Below are positions 1 to 10,508 of a DNA stretch of 64,000 nucleotides, piece by piece (within the stretch, counting starts at the first letter, position 1; each line of letters starts with the position of its first letter). Origin of the DNA: Planctomycetota bacterium (GTDB taxonomy: Bacteria; Planctomycetota; UBA1135; GCA-002686595); the NCBI GenBank assembly GCA_016712565.1, contig JADJQU010000033.1, positions 5,288-69,287 of the forward strand, written 5' to 3'. The notes beneath the pieces were generated by a model that ran no database searches, was not told the origin of the DNA, and saw only the letters and a list, made by a program, of their open reading frames with translations. The position numbers and the translations under genes were made by a program.

Positions 1-3000
1 GGGGAACACGACCATCCGGCCTTCGTGGCCGATTGGCAGCCCCTGCTCGCGGCCCGCGGGCGGTGGTCGAGGGCGCCCTGCGGTTCCCCACCCGCGAGGA
101 GCTCGAGCGCACCGACGTGCTCGTCCTCTATGCGGCCGAGGCCGGGTCGATCCACGGGGAGGAGCGCGCCGTTCTGGAGGCCTACCTGGCCCGCGGCGGC
201 GGCCTGGTGGCGATCCACGACGCGGTCTGCGGCGACGATCCCCATTGGTTCAAGACCGTGGTCGGCGGCGCCTGGGAGCACGGCCACGCCAAGTGGGCCA
301 CCGGCACCACGGACCTCTACGTGCGCGACTTCGACCACCCGATCACCCGGGGCGTGGCCAACTGGCGCTTCGAGGACGAGCTCTACACCGAGCTGCACCT
401 GGAGCCCGACGCCCATGTGCTCATGGCGGGCTTCCAGGACGTGTTCACGATCTCGCCGCAGATGTGGACGTACGAGAAGGCGAACTACCGCGCCTTCGTG
501 GCCATCCAGGGGCACTTCAAGAAGTCCTTCGAGCACGACGCCTGGCGCACCCTGCTCCTGCGCGGCATCGCCTGGGCCGGGAAGCGGGACGCGGACTCCC
601 TGACGACGCCGGAGGAGCGCGCGACCCTCGCGTACCCCACGGGCGGACCGCTGCGGCCGGAGGAGGCGCGCAAGGCGCTGGTTCTCCACGAGGGCTTCGA
701 GGCTTCGCTGGCCGCGGCCGAGCCCTTGATCGCCAATCCGATCTCGATCGACTGGGACCCGCGCGGCCGCCTGTGGGTCGCGGAGACGCCGGGCTATCCC
801 ATGAAGGAGAAGTTCAGCGGGATTCCGGCCCACGACACGATCAGCGTCCTGGAGGATTCCGACGGCGACGGGGTGATGGACCGGAAGCAGGTCTTCGCAG
901 ACAAGCTCGACCTGGTCACGAGCTTCGTCTTCCACCAGGACGGCGTGATCGCACTGGCCGCGCCGGACATCCTGTTCCTGCGCGACACCGACGGCGATGG
1001 AGTGTGCGACAGGCGCGAGATCCTGTTCACGGGGTTCGGGTACGGCGACACCCACGCGGTGATGTCGAACGCGCGCTGGGGCCTGGACGGCTGGATCTAC
1101 GCCACGCAGGCTACTCCGGCGGCGGCTCGACCAATGCCGGAATTCCGGTCCGGACGGCGAGCGCCGCTTCGGACGGATCGGCAACGGCATCTTCCGTTTC
1201 AAGGCCGACGGCAGCGCGATCGAAATCGTGTCCTCGTACGGCTCGAACACCTGGGGGCTCGACTTCACGCCCGAGGGCGAGCTGTTCTTCTCCATGGCGA
1301 ACGGGGCGCACCTGCGCCACGTGGTCGTGCCCGAGAAGGCGCGCTGGCCGCGCGCGGCTCCCCGGTGTGGAGTCGTGGGCCGACGTGCCCGACCACGACC
1401 GCGTGGTGCCGATCATCGAGCGCCACGAGGCGTACCGGCAGATCGACTTCGTCGGCGGCTTCACCGCGGCGTCGGGCTGCTGCGTGTACGACGGCGGCGC
1501 GTGGCCCGCGGAATACGAGGGACGCATCTACGTCGCGGAGCCGACCGTCAACCTGGTGCACGAGGACGTGCTGTCGCCGAAGGGCGCGACCTTCACGGCG
1601 ACGAAGAGTCGCGAGCAGGAGTTTCTGGCGAGCGCGGATCTTTGGTTCCGCCCCGTGCACATGCGCGTCGGACCCGAGGGGCGCCATATACGTGCTCGAT
1701 TTCTACAACCCAGGCTGCAGTGCACAACGACACGCGCGGCCCCCAGCACGGCCCCACCAACGCCGCCTTGCGGCCCGACCGCGACCGCACCCACGGCCGG
1801 ATCTGGCGCGTGCAGCATCGCGACGCGACGGACGTGGCGGCGGGGGAACTAACGGGAGCCGACGGCGCGAGGCTCGTCGCGGCGTTGAAGTCGCCGAACG
1901 GCTGGAGACGCGGGACGGCGCTGCGGTTGTTGTGCGAGGGACGTTCCCCGGATGTCGCCCAGGAACTGGCGCGAGTCCTGCGCGGCACGGACAGCACGAC
2001 GGCCTCCGTGGCGGCGCTTTGGGCGCTCGCCCGGTTGGGCAGGCTGGAAGGTGAATTCCTGGCGGCCGCGACGAGCGATCCTCGATCGACCGTCCGGCGC
2101 AATGCCTTCGACGCGGAAGCGGATACCTCCGCAGGAACGGAGATCCCGGGCCTCGAGCCGTTGGATTTGACGCTCGCGGATCCAAGGCTTGATCTGGCGT
2201 GGATGCGTGCGGCACGCGGGCACGAATTGAGCGAGAAGAGCCTGTACCTCCTCGCCAACGTAGTGGGGGCCTCCGACGACGTCTGGGTGACGTCAGTCGC
2301 CTATTCGCTCGCGATGGCCAAGCCGGTGGAGGCGATGGCCCTGGCGATGCGGGCCAGCGCGCTCCAGGACTTCTGGGACCGTGATTCCCCGCAACTTTTC
2401 GCTGCGTTCATCGGACGAACGGGCGACGTGGAGCTGCAGGCTCGGGCGGTCGTCGCGATCGACGCGACAAAGGCCCCTGCCGTCGGTCGGAGAACCGCGA
2501 CGCTTCGGGCCCTCGTCGAGAATCTCCGCGGGAACCAACCTCCTCGGTGGACTCCTGAACTCGAGGCAGCTCTGAGGAGTCTCGTGCGTTTCGGTGACCT
2601 GGAACTCGGCGGGCTCGCGCTCGGGCTCGTGAGCGGATGGGATCGGGACCGTCGGCTCGCGGCGGAACTCCCGGCGTTCGCGCAGCGCTTGGAAGAAGGC
2701 ATCGCCCTCGCGGAGTACCCGTTCGAAGCGCGCGTGACGTTCCTGGGTTCGCTCTTCCGCATTCCAGAGTATCGCGCGGGTGCGGCTGACTTGGCCGAAT
2801 CGATGCTGTCGCCCGAGCTTACGCCGCAGCACCAGCAACTGGTGATCGACGTGCTCGGCCGCACCGACGACGGGAGCGCAGCAGGCGTGCTCGCACGGCG
2901 CTTCACGAGCCTGGCCCCAGCCGCGCGCGAGCAGGCTTTTACGTGCCTCGTTCGGCGCGCGAAGTGGGTCGAGCCGCTGCTCGCGGAGATCGAATTCGGC

Positions 3001-4833
3001 CGCATCGTCCCCAACGACCTCGGTCCGCTGCGAATCTCGCAGCTTCGAAACCACGGCGACGCCTCCGTCGCCGCCCGCGCGCGCGCAGTATTCGAGAAGC
3101 TCCAGGGCGCGCAGAATCTGAAGACCGAGGAACTGATCGCCAAGGTGCTGCCCATCGTCGAGCAGCCGGGCGACGCCGTGCGTGGTAAGGACCTGTTCCA
3201 GCAGAACTGCGCCACGTGCCACACGTATCACGGCGAGGGCGCGAAGATCGGGCCCGACCTCACGGGCATGGGCTCGCACGGTGCGCGGGCGCTCTTGCCG
3301 GTGATCCTCGATCCCAATGCATCGGTCGAAGCCGCCTACCTGGAACACGTCTGTGAAACGACCGACGAGCGCCTGATCACCGGCATCATCGTGCGCGACA
3401 CGCCGCAGAGCGTCGTGCTGCGCTCGACCAGCGGCGACACGGAGATTCCGCGTGACGAGATCGTCGCGCTGAAGTCGACCGGCCGTTCCCCCATGCCAGT
3501 GGGGCTGGAGAGCATCGGACCCGAAGGACTGCGCGACGTGCTCGCGTACCTGACCGACGAGTTCAGCGGCTTCCGCGTGCTCGATCTGCGCGAGCATTTC
3601 AACATGTCCTCGCACAAGGGCATGTACGATCCGGACAAGGCGCCCGACCGCATGGACCTCCTGCGCAGCGGCGTGATCGACGTCGACGGCGTGCCCTTCG
3701 AACTGCGCGACCCGGCCAAGAGCGAGGGCGGGCGCAATGCGCTGTGCTTGCGCGGCGGCATGAATGCCGACTGGTTCTCCCGCACGGGATTGCCGAAGAA
3801 GGTGGCGATTCCCGTGGGCTTTGCCCTGGAGCGCATGCACGTGCTCGGCGGCATCGCGGCCTGGGGATTTCCGATTCGCGACGACAAGCAGCCGTGCGTC
3901 CGGTGGACCTGGGTCTACGCCGACGGATCGCGCGAAGAGGTCGTGCTGCACGACGGCGTCGAGTTCGCGGACTGGATCGGCCGGCGCGACGTGCCCGGGT
4001 CCAAGTACGTGGAGGACCTGGTCAAGCCCGGTTCGTGGGGTCAGATCCGCACCTTCGATCTCGCGCCAGGGCAGCGCAAGGTGGTCGCCGCAGTCGAGAT
4101 CGAGAGCTACGACAACCATCTCTCGCCGACCTTCTTCGGCCTGACCGCCGAACTGGCCGGGGCCGTGCGCAAGACCTCCGTGCGCGAGGTCGAGCCCCTG
4201 GACGTGCTGGTGGTGGGCGGCGGGTCGAGCCACGATTTCGCGAGCTTCTTCCGCGACGTCGATCTGGCCACGCTCGCGGCGCAGGGCATCGCCTCGGCCA
4301 GGTACACCGAAGGCACGGGCGAGCTCTTGTCGCACCTGCCGATGCTCAAGACCCTGTGCCTGACCAACAACCAGCCGCTGGCCGGGGAAGCGCTGCGCCA
4401 GGCCCTGTGGAAGTTCTTCGATGGGGGCGGCGGCCTGGTGCTCGTCCATCCCGCCACCTGGTTCAACTGGAGCGACTGGCCCGAATTCAACGCGCGCTGG
4501 GTCGGCGGCGGCGCGCGCAACCACGAGCGCTTCGCCGAGTTCGAGGTGCGCGTCGTCGACCCCCAGCACGCTCTCGCGCGCGGCGTGCCCGGGACATTCC
4601 GCATCCAGGACGAGCTGTACGAGACGGCGCTCGATCCCTCCGCGAGGACGCACGTGGTCGCCGTGGGCAAGTCGCTCGCCACGGGCAAGGAATACCCGGT
4701 GCTGTGGACCGTCGAGCGGCCCAAGGGACGCACGGCCTGCCTGACGCTGGGCCACGACGGCGCGGCCCACGGCAGTGCCGCCTACCAGACCCTGTACGTC
4801 AACGCCGTGCGCTGGACCCTGGAGGCGCGCTAG
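1..4833 (+). pseudogene. Giant ThuA / PVC-type membrane-bound dehydrogenase / HEAT-repeat / cytochrome c / ThuA protein; 5' end outside window; frameshifted at least 6 times
   Basis: Translation shows a ThuA-like segment (GEHDHPAF...LVAIHDAVCGDDPHW) and a dehydrogenase/propeller segment (LIANPISIDWDPRGRLWVAETPGYP, DTDGDGVCDRREI). These are followed by HEAT-like repeats, heme site CATCH (3208-3222) and a second ThuA-like domain (VLVVGGGSSHDF...LTLGHDG). Stop is TAG 4831-4833. The protein-like path changes frame near 60, 1109, 1150, ~1350, ~1682 and ~1710. Confidence 0.8.
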
Positions 4834-4835
4834 GC

Positions 4836-5246
4836 ATGTGCACCGAACGCTGCCTGCGCTTCATTTCCGGCGCCGACGTGGTGCGCGAGACCATGCCCTG
4901 GGGCCCCCACGAGTGGTTTTCGCGGCCGGGGCTCACCGCCGCGACGAACCTGCAGCTCGTGCGCGTCACCATGCCGCCCGGCAGGGCCCACGCCTTCCAC
5001 CGCCATCCGTGTTTCGAAGAGCTGCTCTATTGCCTGGAGGGCGAGTGCGAGCAGTGGGTCGGCCGCGAGAAGCGCCTCCTGCGCCCCGGGGAGGTCGTGC
5101 ACGTGCCGCGCGACGAAGTCCACGGCACGTACAACGTCTCCAGCACACCGGTGAAGTTCCTGGCGATCCTGTCCGAGGCGAAGTTCGACGGTCCCGCCGT
5201 GATCGACATGAGCGGCGAGCCGCCGTGGAAGAGCCTGCGCGCCTGA
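4836..5246 (+). CDS. cupin domain protein
   Basis: ATG at 4836, 2 nt after the upstream stop. Cupin motifs GRAHAFHRHPCFEELLYCLEGE and GEVVHVPRDEVHG. Confidence 0.75.
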   Translation: MCTERCLRFISGADVVRETMPWGPHEWFSRPGLTAATNLQLVRVTMPPGRAHAFHRHPCFEELLYCLEGECEQWVGREKRLLRPGEVVHVPRDEVHGTYNVSSTPVKFLAILSEAKFDGPAVIDMSGEPPWKSLRA

Positions 5247-5256
5247 GGCGCGGTCC

Positions 5257-5862
5257 ATGGCCGCGCGAATCGTCCTGAAGAAGCAGCCCGCCCGCGTCGT
5301 GGCGCGGGGTCTGCGCGTGTGGCTGCGGCCGCCGGAGCCCGAGGACGAAGCGGAGTTCACGGCGCTGCGGCGCGCGAGCCGGGCCTTCCTCGCGCCCTCG
5401 GGCATCGCCGCGAGCCCCTCGCGTGCCTTCCGGCTGTTCCTGCAGCAGGGACCGGGCACCGGGCGCGAGCGCTGGCTCGTGTGCTCGAAGGCGGACGGCG
5501 AAATCCTGGGCGCCGTTTCCCTGCAGGCGATCCGCGGCGAGCCCTTCCATTCGGCGGTGATCGGCTACTGGATCGGCGCGGTCCACGCGCGCCAGGGCTA
5601 CATGGGCGAGGCGCTCTCGCTCGCCGTCCGCCGCGCCTTCCGCGGGCTCGGGGTCAACCGCCTGGAAGCCGACGTGCTGCCCGAGAACACGGCCTCCAAG
5701 CGCCTGTTGGCGCGCGCGGGATTCGTCCGCGAGGGCACGGCGCGGGAATTCGTGCGCATCGACGGGGGCTTCCGCGATCACGAGCGCTGGGCGCTCCTGG
5801 CGCGGGACTTCGCGCGCGGCGTGCGGCCCACCCGGGCTCAGCGGCCCCAGTCGCGCAAGTAG
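5257..5862 (+). CDS. GNAT family N-acetyltransferase (RimJ/RimL-like)
   Basis: IGYWIGAVHARQGYMGEALSLAVRRAF and NTASKRLLARAGFVREG are typical of the GNAT acetyl-CoA binding fold. Confidence 0.8.
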   Translation: MAARIVLKKQPARVVARGLRVWLRPPEPEDEAEFTALRRASRAFLAPSGIAASPSRAFRLFLQQGPGTGRERWLVCSKADGEILGAVSLQAIRGEPFHSAVIGYWIGAVHARQGYMGEALSLAVRRAFRGLGVNRLEADVLPENTASKRLLARAGFVREGTAREFVRIDGGFRDHERWALLARDFARGVRPTRAQRPQSRK

Positions 5863-6683
5863 CGGAAGTCCTGGTTGACCGTGCGGTGCGAGAGCTTGGC
5901 GATGATGGGCGGCACGCGCTTGAACTGCGTGGCGGCGATGCGGCCGACGATCTTGCGCACGAACTCGCGCTCGAACCCGGCGCGCACCAGGTCTTCCTCG
6001 CTGTAGCGCTCGTCCACCAGCAGGTACAGGAGCCGATCCGCCATCTCGTAGGTGAACCCCAGCTCCCCTTCGTCGGTCTGGCCCGCGAACAGATCCGCGG
6101 AGGGGGCCTTCTCGATCAGGGGCGAAGGAACGCCGAGGTGCCGCGCCAACTGGTAGATCTGGTTCTTGTACAGGTCGCCGATGGGATTGAGCGCGCTGGC
6201 GCTGTCGCCGAACTGCGTGGTGTAGCCCAGCAGGAGTTCCGTCTTGTTGCTCGTGCCGAGGACCAGGGCCCTTTCCGCCGCCGCGTGGTCGTAGAGCACG
6301 ATCATCCGGCAGCGCGCCAGCACGTTGCCGCGCCGCAGCCGATCGGCGGCGGGGACTTGCGCCAGGTAGCCGTCCGCCATGGCGCTGATGTCCACGCGCG
6401 CGTGGGGGATGCGGATCGACTCGCACAGGAGCCTTCCATGGGCCTCGCTCTCCGGGTTCGATTCGCGGTAGGGGATCAGCACGCCCAGCACGTTCTTCTC
6501 CCCCAGGGCCCGCGCGGCCAGGGCCGCGACGACCGCCGAGTCGATGCCCCCGGAAACGCCCAGCACCGCCCGCGAGAATCCCGCGCTGGAGATTTCCTCG
6601 CGCAGGAAGTGCACCAGGAGCTGCTCGACCAGCCCGACGTCAATCGAAAGGTCCGGCGCGGGCTTCTTCTCGCCTGAGTCCAT
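5838..6683 (-). CDS. nadE: NAD+ synthetase (synthetase subunit, stand-alone)
   Basis: PP-loop SGGIDS in VLGVSGGIDSAVV, plus LGTSNKTELLLGYTTQFGD and KAPSADL. ATG at 6683 overlaps the upstream stop by 1 nt (TGATG). Confidence 0.9.
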   Translation of the reverse strand: MDSGEKKPAPDLSIDVGLVEQLLVHFLREEISSAGFSRAVLGVSGGIDSAVVAALAARALGEKNVLGVLIPYRESNPESEAHGRLLCESIRIPHARVDISAMADGYLAQVPAADRLRRGNVLARCRMIVLYDHAAAERALVLGTSNKTELLLGYTTQFGDSASALNPIGDLYKNQIYQLARHLGVPSPLIEKAPSADLFAGQTDEGELGFTYEMADRLLYLLVDERYSEEDLVRAGFEREFVRKIVGRIAATQFKRVPPIIAKLSHRTVNQDFRYLRDWGR

Positions 6684-7531
6684 CAGTTCTGCGTGCGGAA
6701 GCGCACCAGGCTCTGTTCCAGGAGCCAGGGCTTCGCGTCGCGCCGCAGCGGCGTCATCAGCCGGGCCCGTTCCATGTCGCGCGAGGAGAGATCGACGTCC
6801 AGGCGACCGGTCTCCAGTCCGCCCAGCTGGGCCTTCACGCGGCCGAAGGGATCGATCACGCGCGATCCACCGGAGAAGAAGATCCCGTCCTCCCAGCCGA
6901 CGCGGTTGGTCCACACCACCCAGGTCTGCGTGGTCAGCGCCTGGGCCGTGAGCAGCGTTTGCCACACGCGCTGGGAGCTCAGCTCTCCGTCTTCCTCGGC
7001 CACTCCGCGGCCGGGCGCGCAGGAGTGCACCAGGAGGGCGTCCACGTCAGCGAGGAAGTAGGGGTAGGCGCTGGAGACGTGCCACAGGTCCTCGCAGATC
7101 AGGAAGCCGAAACGTCCCAGCTTGGAATGGAAGGCCACGAAGCGGTCGCCGGCGGCGAACTCCCGCTGCTCGTCGAACATCCCGTAGGTCACCAGGTGGA
7201 CCTTGCGGTGCACGTGCACCAAGGCGCCGTCCTCGAAGAACCCGATCGAGTTGTAGAGCCGGCCCTCGGGCGAGCGCTCCACGAAGCCGGCGGCGATCGA
7301 GATCTCGCGCGAGCGCTCCGCCAGCCGCGCGAGCAGCGGCGCGTCGAGCCGCAGCGCGATCTCCGAAGTCTGGTCCTTCAGGAAATAGCCCGACAGCGAG
7401 AGTTCTGGAAACAGCACCATCCGCGATCCGGCCCGTTTGGCGGCCTCGATCTCGGCGGTGTGCAGTTCGAAATTGCGCTCCAGGTTCCCGAGGGTCGGGT
7501 TGATCTGGGCGAGGGTCACGCGGCAGTCCAT
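6683..7531 (-). CDS. carbon-nitrogen hydrolase (nitrilase-like) protein, probable glutaminase partner of NadE
   Basis: CN-hydrolase catalytic context: FPELSLSGY (Glu), HRKVHL (Lys), GFLICEDLWH (Cys). Translationally coupled to nadE. Confidence 0.85.
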   Translation of the reverse strand: MDCRVTLAQINPTLGNLERNFELHTAEIEAAKRAGSRMVLFPELSLSGYFLKDQTSEIALRLDAPLLARLAERSREISIAAGFVERSPEGRLYNSIGFFEDGALVHVHRKVHLVTYGMFDEQREFAAGDRFVAFHSKLGRFGFLICEDLWHVSSAYPYFLADVDALLVHSCAPGRGVAEEDGELSSQRVWQTLLTAQALTTQTWVVWTNRVGWEDGIFFSGGSRVIDPFGRVKAQLGGLETGRLDVDLSSRDMERARLMTPLRRDAKPWLLEQSLVRFRTQN

Positions 7532-7686
7532 GACCAACCAGTGTAGTTCAACGCAACCGTCGAGACAGCCGGGGCGACGATCCAGGCCCGCCCGGGACCC
7601 CTTCCGGCGGGTCCGGCCGGGGGGCGCACCCGGCATCGATGCGTCCCTGGCGGCGCTGTGGTATGCAGGCTCCGGGAGCGTCGACG

Positions 7687-8430
7687 ATGAATTCCCTCTT
7701 GCGTCTGTTGGCGGGACTCTTGCTCGCCCTGTGGGGCAGTGCCTGCGCCAGCAGCTCGCTGTACCACTGGGCCGCCGATCACAGGCCGCGCGGTGAGGTG
7801 CTCGCCTTCGTCGATCGCGAGGGCGTCGGCGATGGGTTGCTGGTGCGCTTCTCGGGCGAGCCGGGGATTCCCGACGGCGTCTATTGGCTGGCTGCCGCGA
7901 GTTCCGCTGCGCAGGGCACCCCGCCTCCGGTGGCAGAGCGGCTGGGAGCGGAACAGGAACAGCGCGTGCTGGGCCGGGCCCGTCGAGGAGGCCGCACGGC
8001 GCGGCTCGACCGAATCGACTCGCCCGCGCAAGTGGACTGGGTGCTGATCGATGTCTACCGGGGGGCCCACTTGGAGGCCCCTTGGGAAACCCCCGCGGTC
8101 GCGCCCGACACCGAGCCCGTCGCAGGTTCGGGCCCGCGCTACTATCTGAGTCTGGTGCGCAAGGCCAGGAATCCCGCGGACGGGGCGCCTTGCAGCCTGG
8201 CCGCGGTGCACGTGCGCCGCGGCGTGCGCGAAGAGTACGAGGATCGCGGCGTGTTCACCCTGCCGCCCGCCCGCCGCGTGCGAGGGCGCGTGGTTCCCGC
8301 GGTCCTGGCCGCTCCTTTCGCCCTGGCTCTGGACCTCGTGCTCCTGCCGTTCGAAGTCGCGGCTTTCCTGCTCTTCACCAGCGACGTCGCAGCCTCCACG
8401 GTGGACATCGGCGGAGGCCTTGACCTGTGA
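7687..8430 (+). CDS. hypothetical lipoprotein (paralog 1 of a tandem pair)
   Basis: Signal peptide with Cys (LLLALWGSAC). C-terminal hydrophobic segment VLAAPFALALDLVLLPFEVAAFLLF. No recognisable family. Confidence 0.6.
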   Translation: MNSLLRLLAGLLLALWGSACASSSLYHWAADHRPRGEVLAFVDREGVGDGLLVRFSGEPGIPDGVYWLAAASSAAQGTPPPVAERLGAEQEQRVLGRARRGGRTARLDRIDSPAQVDWVLIDVYRGAHLEAPWETPAVAPDTEPVAGSGPRYYLSLVRKARNPADGAPCSLAAVHVRRGVREEYEDRGVFTLPPARRVRGRVVPAVLAAPFALALDLVLLPFEVAAFLLFTSDVAASTVDIGGGLDL

Positions 8431-8440
8431 AACCGACCCC

Positions 8441-9385
8441 ATGAACCTCCCGCTTCCGTTCTTGGCGGCTTGCCTTGGGTTCCTGACGTTGCCTGCCTGC
8501 ATGTGCACGGGCGCGGTCACCCGCTGGGCCTTCGATGCGCGCATGTCCGCGGAGGTGCACGGTTTCGTCGAGGGCGGAGCCCAGGCCGATGCGCTCCTGG
8601 TGGAGATGCGCCGGGCGGAGTTCCTGCCCGACGGGCTGTACGAGGTGCCCCTCGAGTCGGACTCCCCCTCCGTCGCCCTGGATCTGCCCCGTCCGCGCCG
8701 GCTCACGGCCGCGGAGGCGGCGAGTTGGCACGCGGCGCGGGGGAAGAGTCGGCGCGTGGGCGACCTGGAGCGGGCGGCCCACGCATGGCCCACCACCCTG
8801 GAGCACGTGGACGCCTTCGAGCGCACGGCCGCGGGCTACCGCAGGATCCCCGCCGCCGAGGGCCGCTACCTGGTGGGGGCCGAACCGCGCTCCGTGCCCA
8901 CGGAGCCACCGCTTCCGCTAAAGGTCCGCATTCTCTGGCGCCCTGCGGAGCACGGACGCCTGCGCACCCTGGGGGTGGTCCACTTGCCGGCCCAACGCAA
9001 GCACGCCGGTCGGGCCCTGGCGGGCGCCCTCGCGGTTCCCGTGACCTTGGTGATCGACGTGGTCACCTTTCCCGTCCAGTTCGTGGTCGGGATGCGGCAG
9101 CTCGGCGAGGGCTTGGGTCGCCTGTTTGCGGATCTGCGGGCGTTGTCCCTCGTCTCCCCCGGCCTGTTCGTGGGCAGATACCTACCCCTGCCGGCGGAGC
9201 ACCTGCCCGCCATGCACGCCGTGGCCCCCGCGAGTCCGGCGCTCCTGGTGCTCACGGGCTATGCCGTCCTGAATCGAGCGATACTGCCCCGCATGGCTGG
9301 GGATGGACATCCCGGGACCCCCCCAAAACGGCCCGGAGGCCCTCGCCAAGGCCGTTTCCAGGCCGCGCAAGTCGGGCGGCTGTAA
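8441..9385 (+). CDS. hypothetical lipoprotein (paralog 2 of a tandem pair)
   Basis: Signal peptide with lipobox-like LTLPAC. Same layout as the upstream gene (W-A-x-D-x-R, LLV...PDG-Y, C-terminal hydrophobic VPVTLVIDVVTFPVQFVVG). The last ~100 aa are low complexity. Confidence 0.55.
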   Translation: MNLPLPFLAACLGFLTLPACMCTGAVTRWAFDARMSAEVHGFVEGGAQADALLVEMRRAEFLPDGLYEVPLESDSPSVALDLPRPRRLTAAEAASWHAARGKSRRVGDLERAAHAWPTTLEHVDAFERTAAGYRRIPAAEGRYLVGAEPRSVPTEPPLPLKVRILWRPAEHGRLRTLGVVHLPAQRKHAGRALAGALAVPVTLVIDVVTFPVQFVVGMRQLGEGLGRLFADLRALSLVSPGLFVGRYLPLPAEHLPAMHAVAPASPALLVLTGYAVLNRAILPRMAGDGHPGTPPKRPGGPRQGRFQAAQVGRL

Positions 9386-9437
9386 GTGAAGCCGCAGAAA
9401 CGACTTATATCGACATCACCAGCCATGCGGGGCAGTC

Positions 9438-10508
9438 TCAGTCCAGGCCTGACTTGCCGCGCTTTCCCACCTGGCTTCCCGCGAAGGCGACCGCCTCCCG
9501 GACCAGCCCATCGCGGTCCGCCTCGGACGCCTGGCCCTCGTAGGAGAGGATCATCCGATGCCGCAGGCAGGGGAGCGCGGCCAGGTCCACGTCCTCGCGC
9601 GTCGCGTGGAGGCGGCCCTGGGTGAGGGCGCGGGCCTTCGCCAGGGCGAGGAGGGCGATCCCACCCCGGGGGCTCGAGCCGTGCCGGACGGACCGCTGGA
9701 CCAGGGCGGGAGCCAGCCCCTCCCTCGGCGACGTGGCCAGGACCACCCGGGCGGCGTATTCGACCACGTCGGCGGCGGCCAGGGCCCGTTGGGTGAGGGA
9801 GCGCCAGCGCAGCAGGTCGGCGCGGGTCGCGATCGGTTCCTTGGCGCCTGGGGAGTCCGGGCGCGGCCTTCCGGCGGCGGTGAGCACGCCGGTCAGCTCC
9901 GCCAGGTCCGGCTCGGGCACGCGGATCTGGACCAGGAACCGATCGAGCTGGGCCTCCGGCAGGGGATAGGTGCCCTCCATCTCAATCGGGTTCTCGGTGG
10001 CCACCAGCAGGAACGGATCCGGGAGCGCACGGGTCTCGCCGAAACTTGTCACCTGCCGCTCGGCCATCGCCTCCAGGAGGGCCGACTGGGTGCGCGGCCC
10101 GGCGCGGTTGATCTCGTCCGCCAGCACCACGTGGGCGAAGATGGGCCCCGGCTCGAAGCGAAAGCGGCGCTTGCCGGCCTCGTCCTCGTCCAGGATCCGC
10201 CCGCCGAGGACGTCCCCCGGCATCAGGTCCGGCGTGAACTGGACCCGAGCGAAGGACAGGTCCAGGGCGGCCGCGAAGGCCTTCACCAGGGTCGTTTTTC
10301 CAAGCCCGGGCACCCCCTCGATCAGGGCGTGGCCGCCGGCCAGGGCGCAGAGGATCAGCTGCTCGACGACTTCCTCGTTCCCCAGGTAGCGGGCGCCGAT
10401 GGCCGCGCGCCAGCGTCCGACGCCGGCCACGAGCCCGGCCAGATCGCGCTCGACGGCTTCGGGCGTCTCCACTGCGGCGTCCGGGTTCACGGCTGACTTT
10501 CGATCCAT
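9438..10508 (-). CDS. MoxR-family AAA+ ATPase
   Basis: Walker A GVPGLGKT, Walker B VVLADEINRA, and ATENPIEMEGTYPLPEAQLDRF, typical of MoxR. ATG at 10508. Confidence 0.9.
   Translation of the reverse strand: MDRKSAVNPDAAVETPEAVERDLAGLVAGVGRWRAAIGARYLGNEEVVEQLILCALAGGHALIEGVPGLGKTTLVKAFAAALDLSFARVQFTPDLMPGDVLGGRILDEDEAGKRRFRFEPGPIFAHVVLADEINRAGPRTQSALLEAMAERQVTSFGETRALPDPFLLVATENPIEMEGTYPLPEAQLDRFLVQIRVPEPDLAELTGVLTAAGRPRPDSPGAKEPIATRADLLRWRSLTQRALAAADVVEYAARVVLATSPREGLAPALVQRSVRHGSSPRGGIALLALAKARALTQGRLHATREDVDLAALPCLRHRMILSYEGQASEADRDGLVREAVAFAGSQVGKRGKSGLD

Noticed and set aside
25-603. 192-aa ORF at the window start, and ORF 245-1852, as independent genes
   Set aside because: Only short stretches of each are protein-like (for example ADWQPLLAARG). 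Those stretches are consecutive pieces of the frameshifted ThuA/dehydrogenase gene.
2293-4770. 825-aa ORF on the minus strand, antisense to the giant heme-binding gene
   Set aside because: Arg/Ala/Gly/Pro-dominated composition with no recognisable motif. It lies entirely antisense to a frame with clear domain content. Long stop-free antisense frames are expected at ~70% GC.
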